Positions 9,060-16,705 of a DNA stretch of 32,000 bases are shown here, in pieces. The stretch covers positions 1,380,001 to 1,412,000 of the forward strand of contig NC_010163.1 in NCBI RefSeq assembly GCF_000018785.1, in the 5' to 3' direction. The notes beneath the pieces were generated by a model. It did no database searches. It was given only the letters and a program-made list of their open reading frames with translations, and had not been told where the DNA came from. The stretch's first letter is position 1. Each line of letters opens with the position of its first letter. The translations under genes and the position numbers were made by a program. Source of the stretch: Acholeplasma laidlawii PG-8A. GTDB lineage: Bacteria > Bacillota_I > Bacilli_A > Acholeplasmatales > Acholeplasmataceae.

Positions 9060-10330
9060 ATGAAAAGAATAGTTGTAGTTGGTACACAATGGGGCGATGA
9101 AGGTAAAGGTAAAATTACTGATTTTCTTGCTCAAAAGGCTGATGTTGTTACCAGATACCAAGGCGGAAATAATGCAGGTCATACAGTTGTTATAGGCCAT
9201 AAGAAATATGCACTGCATTTATTACCATCAGGTATATTGAATGCTGACAAAGTTAATATATTGGCTAATGGTATGGTTATTAATATCGAGGCACTGATTG
9301 CTGAATTAAAGAATCTAAATCATACAGATTATCAGTTGTTTATTTCTGATCGTGCACATGTAACATTTCCGTTTCATATCACTTTAGATAAACATGAGGA
9401 ATTCCTTAAAACAGAAAAGATTGGTACAACCAATAAGGGTATTGGACCAACCTACAAAGATAAAGCATCCCGTATTGGTATAAGGGTTGCTACACTTGTA
9501 TCAAATGAATTTGAATCAGAACTTAGAAAGTTAATTGATGAAAAAAATATAGACTTTAAAAACTACGGATTACCTTTAATAGATTTTGATTCAGTCTATA
9601 AAACATATCAAGCTTATGCAAATATTATTAAACCGCTTGTTAAAGATACTTCTCTTTTATTAAATGATTATATAGGATCAGGGAAAAACATTTTATTTGA
9701 AGGGGCCAAGGTACACTGCTTTGTTTAGATCATGGAACATATCCCTTTGTTACCTCATCATCACCAACAGCAGCCTCAGTACCATTAAATACCGGGGTTG
9801 CACCTTGGTTAATTGATGGTGCTATTGGTGTGACTAAGGCTTACTCAACCAGAGTAGGTGCCGGTGTCATGCCAACTGAAATATCAGGTGATATTGCCCA
9901 AAGTATACGTATCAAGGGTAACGAGTTTGGTACAACCACTGGAAGACCAAGACGTATTGGTTGGTTAGATTGTGTCGTTTTAAATTATACAAAACGTGTT
10001 TCTGGGTTATCTTATTTAGCAATTACTTTATTGGATGTCTTATCCGGTCTAGACACCATAAAGATTTGTACATCTTATACATTAGATGGCAAAGAAATAT
10101 TCACCATACCAGCACACATTAAAGACTATGAAAAATGTGTTGCAAACTATATTGAGCTACCTGGTTGGCATGAAGATATTACGGGTGTGAAATCATTTGA
10201 TGCTTTACCAGTTAACGCTCAAAATTATCTAAACAAAATTACAGAACTTACAAAAATACCATTAGCTATATTTTCAGTGGGTCCAAGGCGTGACCAAACA
10301 ATAGAAGTATCATCTATATTTGAGGATTAA
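9060..10330 (+). pseudogene. purA: Adenylosuccinate synthetase interrupted by a single-base frameshift
   Basis: ORF 9060-9728 encodes MKRIVVVGTQWGDEGKGKITD...GGNNAGHTV...ILFEGA, then runs out of frame (KVHCFV*). The next frame is open from 9701 and continues QGTLLCLDHGTYPFVTSSSPTA...GVTKAYSTRVGAG...GTTTGRPRRIGW to 10330. One C appears to be missing in GGGGCC(C)AAGG at 9702-9710. Confidence 0.85.
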
Positions 10331-10333
10331 TTT

Positions 10334-11626
10334 ATGATAAAAAGATATCGAACACCATTATTTGAAACTTTATGGAGTGATCAAAATCGCTATGACACTT
10401 TTTTGACAATTGAACTAGCTGTTGCCAAAGCGTGGTATTTATTAGGCAAATATGATGAAACAACTTACAATAAACTTACTAAAGCAACCTTTGATTTAGA
10501 ATCAATCTATGCATTAGAAATAGAAACAAAACATGATATGATTGCATTTACAAGAACTGTCTCTAAAAGTTTGGGTGCTGAGAAAATGTGGCTACACTAT
10601 GGTTTAACATCTACAGATGTTGTCGACAGTGCACTAGCACTTATACTCAGGCAAGCCAATCAAGCAATTAGATCAAAAATTAATAAGTTATTGTCAGTCT
10701 TAAAACAAAAAGCTTATACTTATAAAGACCAACCAACCATAGGTCGTACCCATGGCATCCACGCTGAAATTACATCTTTTGGATTAAAATTTGCACTATG
10801 GTACAGTGATCTAAAACGGCTACTTTCTGTATTTGATGCTGCCTGTAAAAACATCGAAGTGATTAAAATATCAGGCGCTGTTGGCAACTATGCGGCCAAC
10901 ACACCTCAACTAGAAAAAACAGTTTCCCGTCTATTAGATATAGCATCTGCAGACATTTCTACACAAGTACTTCAAAGAGACAGACATGCAAACTACATTT
11001 CAAGTATTGCACTATTGGGTAGTGAACTAGAAAAAATAGCCACTGAAATTAGACATTTATCACGTACTGAAGTATCTGAGGTAAATGAATACTTCAGTGT
11101 AGATCAAAAAGGTTCTAGTGCAATGCCACATAAAAAAAATCCGGTATCTAGTGAAAATATATCTGGATTATCTAGAGTCTTAAGAGGTTATGTTTTAACA
11201 GCTTTTGAAAATATTAATTTATGGCATGAAAGAGATATTTCCCACTCCTCTGCTGAGCGTATCATATTAGCAGATGCAACAACATTAATTGATTATATGT
11301 TAGATCGTATAACAAATACGCTATCTAACTTAGAGGTCCACGCATTAAAACTACAAAACAATATAGATATAACTGGTGGTATCGTATTTAGTCAACATGT
11401 ACTATCTTTATTGATTGATAAAGGACTTACAAGAGATCATGCGTATGATTTGGTTCAAAAGATTGCGACTGATGCCATGAGCAATCAAAAAGATTTTAAA
11501 ACAGAACTTTTAAAAAGTTCAGATATCATGAAGTTTATGACACCAGATGAACTGGATAAAGCGTTTGACTCAATCTATATATTAAGACATGTCGATACCA
11601 TATACTTAAAAGTCTTTAAAACATAA
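10334..11626 (+). CDS. purB: Adenylosuccinate lyase
   Basis: 430 aa with fumarate-lyase signature GSSAMPHKKNP and TSTDV; starts 4 nt after the purA stop. Confidence 0.95.
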   Translation: MIKRYRTPLFETLWSDQNRYDTFLTIELAVAKAWYLLGKYDETTYNKLTKATFDLESIYALEIETKHDMIAFTRTVSKSLGAEKMWLHYGLTSTDVVDSALALILRQANQAIRSKINKLLSVLKQKAYTYKDQPTIGRTHGIHAEITSFGLKFALWYSDLKRLLSVFDAACKNIEVIKISGAVGNYAANTPQLEKTVSRLLDIASADISTQVLQRDRHANYISSIALLGSELEKIATEIRHLSRTEVSEVNEYFSVDQKGSSAMPHKKNPVSSENISGLSRVLRGYVLTAFENINLWHERDISHSSAERIILADATTLIDYMLDRITNTLSNLEVHALKLQNNIDITGGIVFSQHVLSLLIDKGLTRDHAYDLVQKIATDAMSNQKDFKTELLKSSDIMKFMTPDELDKAFDSIYILRHVDTIYLKVFKT

Positions 11627-11627
11627 T

Positions 11628-11660
11628 AAAAGTCACATATCTATTTGATGTGTGACTTTT
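11628..11660. terminator. Bidirectional terminator between the convergent purB and ALDH paralogue
   Basis: About 14-bp stem AAAAGTCACATATC / GATGTGTGACTTTT with a 5-nt loop, immediately after the purB stop and 10 nt from the ALDH stop. Confidence 0.75.
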
Positions 11661-11669
11661 ATTATCCCT

Positions 11670-12965
11670 TTACTTTAGGATTTTTTTGATTATATTTTCT
11701 TTGGACTTTGTATATGGTGGATAGACCAGTGGTAAATATAACCATGTGCAGCGTTTTATATAGGATTTTTTATGCGAGAATATTTCAAATGAGGCAAAAT
11801 AATGATATGCACCCATCCCACTTTGACCAACACCGCCAAAGGGTAGGCAGGGATTACTCACATGCATGATAGTATCATTCATAGCTCCACCACCAAATGA
11901 TAATTGGCTAAAGACTTTATGCTGTATATCTTTATTATTTGTAAATACATAAAGTGCCAAAGGTTTTTCTTTAGTTTTTAACAGTTTAATTAGTGTATCG
12001 ATATCATCATAGATAAGTACTGGTAAAAGGGGCCCAAATATCTCTTCTTGCATGACTTTATCCGTCCAGGTTACACCCTTCATGATTGTAGGTGAAATTA
12101 AGCACATTTTGGCATCAATTACAGGTTTTTGAAGTACTTTATCTGCATCGATGAGATTCATTAATCGATCAAAATGTTTATCATTAATAATACGTCCAAA
12201 CTGATGTAAATCATTATACATGGTATGCATCGTATCTGATAAAATCTTTATAAATGATTCTGCAATCGTTTGATGTACATAAATATAATCTGGTGCAATA
12301 CATGTCTGTCCTGCATTTATAAATTTACCAAATATAATACGTTTGGCTGCAACTTTTAAATTGGCACTTTGATCAACAATCGTGGGACTTTTTCCACCCA
12401 GTTCTAATGTCACTGGTGTTAAATGCTTACTTGCTTGTTCATAAATGAGTTTTCCAACCCTTGTACTACCTGTGAAAAATATATGGTCAAATTTATTTTC
12501 AAGTAAATTTTCTGTTATCTTATGATCACCTGTTATAACATGTAGATAAGACGGCTCAAAGTGATCGTTTATTAAAGTTTGTAGTAACTGTTCTGTGTGG
12601 CTTGCATATTCAGAGGGTTTTATACTTGCAGTATTACCTGCTGCAATCGCACCAATAAGCGGTTCTAAGATTAATTGGAACGGATAATTATAAGGACCAA
12701 TAATCAATATCACACCTTTAGGTTCATATGCGATATAGGAAGTAGTTGGGCGTAAGTAAATGGGTGTTTTAACCCGTTTAGGCTTCATCCATTTTTTGAG
12801 TGACTTTATCGTTTTTGTAATACTTTTTAAAACATACCCGATTTCTGTTGAATAACTTTCAAAAGCACTTTTGTGTAAATCTTCATAAATACTCTTATCA
12901 TGATTCCGGTGTGTAGCCCCATATAACACGGTTGTCTGGATTAACCCAATCATCATGCCATCCAT
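11670..12965 (-). CDS. Aldehyde dehydrogenase paralogue, 5'-truncated (possibly a pseudogene or an N-terminally shortened protein)
   Basis: Collinear with 5929-7281 from ...IYEDLHKSAFESYSTEIGYVLKSI onward (ELGGKSP, GQTCIAPDY and PFGGVGQSG all present). The first roughly 20 codons of the track ORF (MDGMMIGLIQTTVLYGATH) have no counterpart in the paralogue and overlap the 3' end of the upstream lipoprotein gene. About 40 N-terminal residues of the family are missing. Confidence 0.75.
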   Translation of the reverse strand: MDGMMIGLIQTTVLYGATHRNHDKSIYEDLHKSAFESYSTEIGYVLKSITKTIKSLKKWMKPKRVKTPIYLRPTTSYIAYEPKGVILIIGPYNYPFQLILEPLIGAIAAGNTASIKPSEYASHTEQLLQTLINDHFEPSYLHVITGDHKITENLLENKFDHIFFTGSTRVGKLIYEQASKHLTPVTLELGGKSPTIVDQSANLKVAAKRIIFGKFINAGQTCIAPDYIYVHQTIAESFIKILSDTMHTMYNDLHQFGRIINDKHFDRLMNLIDADKVLQKPVIDAKMCLISPTIMKGVTWTDKVMQEEIFGPLLPVLIYDDIDTLIKLLKTKEKPLALYVFTNNKDIQHKVFSQLSFGGGAMNDTIMHVSNPCLPFGGVGQSGMGAYHYFASFEIFSHKKSYIKRCTWLYLPLVYPPYTKSKENIIKKILK

Positions 12966-13938
12966 CTGGTTTTTCTAATACTTCTGCTTGAATTCTATTA
13001 AGCCTTGTCACATAAAATGCATTCGGCCCAATGGTGTGAACACTCAATGGAATCGTGATAGAATAAAATGTAGATCCATAAAATGCACTTGCTTCAATAA
13101 CTTTAAGCATGCTATTTGCTTCAAATACAATATGATTAATAGACGCACTAAAAAAACTTGATTTCCCAATAGATTCGATTGTGTTTGGAATTGTTAACAA
13201 ATCAATATTGGCGAAATGAAAGGCATACTTATAAATTTCAGTCACAGGTTTATCATCAATTGTTTTTTGTATAACAACCTTTGCCCTATTTGCTTGCCCA
13301 ATATATTTTGCAAGTATAACTTTTTGGCTTTTTACTAAATAAATAATATTATCTTTTAAAATTGCTTTGGTACCGTTTGATAATAGATGTTTGATATTTT
13401 GATATGTATACTTTTTATCGTATGTCTCAATATCTAGGACTGAAGAATCTGTCATCTGATGTCTTAAATTTGTTTCTAATTCATCAATAGCATTTCTATT
13501 AGCTAATAGTGCGTATTTTGTGTACTCATTAAAATCAATTTCACCTTGTATCAATTCTAAATTGCTGTTTTCTGCAAACTTTGCATGCTCATTAAATATG
13601 TATTCATGCCATCGATAAGTATAGTGTTGTGGTACTTTAGATGCGCCTTTAAACGTAATAATCGCATGAAGTACATATTTAGTAGCTTCATCACCATTAT
13701 AATATCTTGTTTGCTCATCACCTATATCTTTTAGATAGTAAGCGTGACCAAAAATATGAATATCTTTGATCATTTCAGATGCCTCGACATTTTGAACAGT
13801 TGAGTCTATCAAATAGTTATCCCAAAATAAATCTAAAATTGATTGATTATCTATTTCTAGTTTACTTATCGTTGTTGTGCAACCAAAGAGTAATGATAGA
13901 CTAACTATACTTAAAAAAATTAGTTGTATATGCTTCAT
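12898..13938 (-). CDS. Surface lipoprotein with C-terminal BspA-type leucine-rich repeats
   Basis: Signal peptide plus lipobox (MKHIQLIFLSIVSLSLLFGC). The C-terminal third carries repeated units of the type I.IP.ti.sIg..aF: IDLLTIPNTIESIGKSSFFSASINHIVFEANSMLKVIEASAFYGSTFYSITIPLSVHTIGPNAFY. Ends ...KPDGWHDDWVNPDNRVIWGY. Confidence 0.65.
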   Translation of the reverse strand: MKHIQLIFLSIVSLSLLFGCTTTISKLEIDNQSILDLFWDNYLIDSTVQNVEASEMIKDIHIFGHAYYLKDIGDEQTRYYNGDEATKYVLHAIITFKGASKVPQHYTYRWHEYIFNEHAKFAENSNLELIQGEIDFNEYTKYALLANRNAIDELETNLRHQMTDSSVLDIETYDKKYTYQNIKHLLSNGTKAILKDNIIYLVKSQKVILAKYIGQANRAKVVIQKTIDDKPVTEIYKYAFHFANIDLLTIPNTIESIGKSSFFSASINHIVFEANSMLKVIEASAFYGSTFYSITIPLSVHTIGPNAFYVTRLNRIQAEVLEKPDGWHDDWVNPDNRVIWGYTPES

Positions 13939-14148
13939 AATATATGCCCTCTTTTATATTTTTTTTGATGTTTGTATTATTTATATATTTTAATCATATC
14001 ACATGTGTGATGTTTTTGATCGGTACTTCATAATCCAATAGTTTTTATATAATGAAAGAATATAAAGTCTTAATACGTCATTTATCGGTCTCATATTTTA
14101 AAGACATAATATTTAACTAATCATTTAAAACACTTCGTCGATACAACC

Positions 14149-14292
14149 CTAAAAGTGCAATGATTTTTTTATTACCTTTATCACAATTATCTTTGCAAGG
14201 TTTGGATCAAACTGTTTTTCTGCACATTCAATAATTTCTTTAACTGCTTCTTTTTTTGATTGTTACACTCGATAGATTCTTGAAGTTGTCAT
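14149..14292 (-). pseudogene. C-terminal remnant of an HD / HD-GYP-type phosphohydrolase gene with an in-frame stop
   Basis: Own minus-strand translation gives ...LD*EVMTTSRIYRV*QSKKEAVKEIIECAEKQFDPNLAKIIVIKVIKK. It resembles the ...AD.fdAmTs.R.YR.a.s.eeA..el....G.qFDP..v..f tail of HD-GYP/HD-domain proteins. There is no upstream HD core, and the frame is broken by TAA codons. Confidence 0.4.
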
Positions 14293-14336
14293 CACCTCTT
14301 AATCCAGCAAATAATCTAAAGGATCACTTTTTATAT

Positions 14337-14401
14337 AAAAAACTCTTCCCATACGTGAGAAGAGTATTTCATTAATTAATGGTGACCCGTAGGGGTTCAC
14401 G
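14337..14401 (-). repeat. Direct repeat copy A: degenerate 3' end of tRNA-Glu (about 22 nt) plus a copy of its terminator
   Basis: 14355-14371 and 14373-14391 are identical to 16662-16678 and 16680-16698 (offset 2307 bp). Hairpin CTCTTCTC/GGGAAGAG (14343-14364) followed by T6 on the minus strand. The tRNA-like part reads CGTGAACCCCTACGGGTCACCA on the minus strand. Confidence 0.85.
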
Positions 14402-14470
14402 TTTTTTTCAGTGACTATCAGTTCAGACTGGCATGAAGATCAATATTTCAGGTATCGTTTTGGTAACCCT

Positions 14471-15226
14471 TTATATTTTTTTGCTGCCAGGGTAATCAAT
14501 AATTAAAACAATTTCTTCAATAACTTGTCTTAAATCAGATTTCAAATGATCTAGATCGCTTTTCTTCGCTAAAAAACGCCTGTTATGCGCACTTAAATCT
14601 CCATATTTTTTTATTTGCATAATATTATTCTTTAAATTTCTACTATTGTTCCAAAATTTCGAATTAATAAACACTGGAATTAAATCGCTCAAGTATTTAA
14701 AGTTACCATTGTCATCCTTTATAAGATTATCACACTTGAATTTTTCAAATGTCTCAATAATTAAAGTCTCCAAGATTTTTCTTATTATAACAAGAGTAGC
14801 ATCAAATAATCCGCTATCATAGCATTGATTCATTTGTTCAGCTATTTTTTTTATATAATATGGAGTTCCGTTAAAAATTTCCATTGATATTAAATTATTA
14901 GTAACTGGTACTTCTTTTATTATAGATAGCTTCTGACGTATATTTTCGATTGCATTTCTGTGCAAATAATAGCCATTTGTTTTTTTTCCGAAAGTTGCGT
15001 TTCTGCCTTTACTATTTTTCCCCAAATAATCGGGAATATTTGAATAAGGCTTTATAAGGAGAGTTTCATAGCATTCTAAAATATTCTTTGCCGTGAAATA
15101 TGACTGCTCAAGTTCAATCAATAAAAAATACGAAAAATATTTGATTAATTTGCTTGATTGTAAATGATTAATGTCGGGAATTTTTGATGAAAACAATTCT
15201 AGCTTATCTTTCAACTTTGTCACCAT
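14471..15226 (-). CDS. Hypothetical protein: N-terminal winged-helix-like module plus C-terminal DUF4145/HEPN-like helical domain
   Basis: 251-aa ORF whose ATG overlaps the upstream gene by 23 nt. The C-terminal half (...LFDATLVIIRKILETLIIETFEKF...NNIMQIKKYGDLSAHNRRF...) fits the a..m.Rk.lE.l ... iR..GN.aaH pattern I associate with DUF4145. No closer family recognised. Confidence 0.55.
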   Translation of the reverse strand: MVTKLKDKLELFSSKIPDINHLQSSKLIKYFSYFLLIELEQSYFTAKNILECYETLLIKPYSNIPDYLGKNSKGRNATFGKKTNGYYLHRNAIENIRQKLSIIKEVPVTNNLISMEIFNGTPYYIKKIAEQMNQCYDSGLFDATLVIIRKILETLIIETFEKFKCDNLIKDDNGNFKYLSDLIPVFINSKFWNNSRNLKNNIMQIKKYGDLSAHNRRFLAKKSDLDHLKSDLRQVIEEIVLIIDYPGSKKI

Positions 15227-16139
15227 TTATTATAAGATTTCTTTTGATATAATCTTCTCCCATATAATTAATTTTATAATATGATTTTTTATTTGATGAT
15301 AACAAAAAATTCATTTTATGTTTTGCATTTGTGAGTGCTGAAACGATATTAAATGATATATTTTCATCTAAAATTCTTAATAAAGTGAAAATTTCATCTT
15401 TACCCATTTCATCTATTTTTTTGTGTTCTTTCATCCAATTAAAAAGTAGTATAATTTTATCGAGAGTTTTGTCATGCTTGTATGTTCCCCAATATGTTCT
15501 TAAATTTATTCTATCCTCCTCGTTCAAATTCAACTCCACTATATTATAAGAGGTTATAGCTGTTTTAGATTTCTTGTCACCTTTATTTTTTTTGATCTTT
15601 TCACGAGTGTTATAAATTATGCTTTTAGCTTCTTCGAGTCCCAAAGTTGTTATTTTGTAATCTGAATTATTAATAGCTTGAATAAACTTAGAAGTCACAA
15701 GTTTTGCTATATTGGTTTTAAAATTGCCCATGCGATTTGATGTGCTTCTTTTAGATTCATCGTATTTCAATTTCAAATCTTGTTCTGTAAATAATTTCTG
15801 TCCATTATCAGAACTATATAGCGCATACACTAATAGCCATTCTTTTTCAGATCTCGGATTCCCCTCTAAAACTATATTACCTAAAAACGGTAATTCAGTA
15901 TTTTCTATAACTGCTTGTGATTGGTCGGTTTCCTCATTCATTTGTGCGCTAACTAAAGACTCTTTACTGTCTAATATCCTATTGTTACCTATCATGTTAT
16001 GATTATCTACTTTTTTTGACATTAGAGATCCCAAACCATCTTCTTTTAATTCTTGAAAAATTGTTCTAACAATCTCGCCTTCCCCATCCAATTCAATTTC
16101 AATCTCGCCGATTCTAACTTTCAATCTTAACTGACTCAT
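15204..16139 (-). CDS. Hypothetical protein with a short N-terminal domain, an acidic/polar linker and two winged-helix-like modules
   Basis: 311-aa ORF with GAGGGG 5 nt upstream of the ATG at 16139. N-terminus MSQLRLKVRIGEIEIELDGEGEIV. The segments EKEWLLVYALY..LFTEQDLKLKY...NRMGNFKTNIAKLV..KFIQAINNSDYKITTLG and ILLFNWM...GKDEIFTLL...NIVSALTNAKHK.NFLLSSNKKSYYKINYMG look like wHTH units. No family recognised. Confidence 0.55.
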   Translation of the reverse strand: MSQLRLKVRIGEIEIELDGEGEIVRTIFQELKEDGLGSLMSKKVDNHNMIGNNRILDSKESLVSAQMNEETDQSQAVIENTELPFLGNIVLEGNPRSEKEWLLVYALYSSDNGQKLFTEQDLKLKYDESKRSTSNRMGNFKTNIAKLVTSKFIQAINNSDYKITTLGLEEAKSIIYNTREKIKKNKGDKKSKTAITSYNIVELNLNEEDRINLRTYWGTYKHDKTLDKIILLFNWMKEHKKIDEMGKDEIFTLLRILDENISFNIVSALTNAKHKMNFLLSSNKKSYYKINYMGEDYIKRNLIINGDKVER

Positions 16140-16168
16140 ATTTTCCCCTCATATTCTAATGTATTGTT

Positions 16169-16200
16169 TATGCATAATACTCAAAATAGTAATATGCATA
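16169..16200. promoter_or_regulatory. Pair of palindromic boxes TATGCATA upstream of the island operon (candidate operator)
   Basis: TATGCATA at 16169-16176 (extends to the 10-bp palindrome TTATGCATAA) and at 16193-16200. Centres are 24 bp apart, 30-60 bp upstream of the start codon at 16139. Confidence 0.3.
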
Positions 16201-16641
16201 CATAACTATCTTTTATTATATATAATTTAATCTGTTTTGTAAAATAAATCAAAGTTAGTTATAACCATGTAGTCTCAAAAGTTTCGTGTGAATTGAATTA
16301 GTTAAGATATTAAGACCTCTCATTTGTATCTCTAAAGTTTTTAATTGTCTGAATAAAAGCTCATTACATTCCATTAAATTGATATGATGATCTTATGGAA
16401 TTTCACAATTCATATGGTTTGAGGAACGCACATTTCAAAATCACTCAAAACTTATATCAAAATAAGTTGCTTTTTTCGCAAAATTTTGAAACCTATAATA
16501 TATCTTCAAGAATTGCTTTAATTTTTGTTTATGTACACATAAGTTTTAGGAGGTTTTCTAAGTTTGAATGAACTCTGACAAATTCAGTTTTTTCAACTTA
16601 GAACATCTGTTAATGAGTTTAAAACTCTACATAAATGTCTA

Positions 16642-16671
16642 GAAAAAAAACCTTCCCACGGGTGAGAAGAG
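16642..16671 (-). terminator. Rho-independent terminator of the tRNA-Ser/tRNA-Glu transcription unit (within repeat copy B)
   Basis: Minus strand reads CTTCTCAC-CC-GTGGGAAG followed by T8, about 16 nt past the tRNA-Glu CCA end. Confidence 0.75.
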
Positions 16672-16705
16672 TATTTCAATAATTAATGGTGACCCGTACG
16701 GGATT
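16645..16705 (-). repeat. Direct repeat copy B: intact tRNA-Glu 3' end plus terminator
   Basis: Partner of 14337-14401, with identical 17-nt and 19-nt runs separated by one mismatch. Confidence 0.85.

Noticed and set aside
9699-9712. Programmed ribosomal frameshift in purA.
   Set aside because: The site (GAA GGG GCC AAG G) is not an X XXY YYZ slippery heptamer. I saw no obvious downstream stem-loop or pseudoknot, and purA is not known to use recoding. A mutation or a sequencing error in the G/C run is the simpler explanation.
13998-14011. Perfect 14-bp palindrome ATCACATGTGTGAT about 60 bp upstream of the LRR lipoprotein gene, considered as an operator or terminator.
   Set aside because: It is a single occurrence with no partner site and no adjacent regulator gene. 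As a hairpin it would have a 2-nt loop. The evidence is too weak to call a feature.
14380-14401. A second tRNA-Glu gene.
   Set aside because: Only the last roughly 22 nt (part of the T-arm, the acceptor 3' strand and CCA) are present, with mismatches and an indel. No D-arm, anticodon arm or 5' acceptor strand follows at 14402-14460, so it is a remnant and not a gene.
16568-16642. 24-codon plus-strand ORF (MNSDKFSFFNLEHLLMSLKLYINV) preceded by AGGAGG at 16548-16553.
   Set aside because: The Shine-Dalgarno to ATG spacing is 14 nt, which is too long. The peptide has no recognisable features, and ORFs of this size are expected by chance. I mention it only as something transcript or ribosome-profiling data could revisit.
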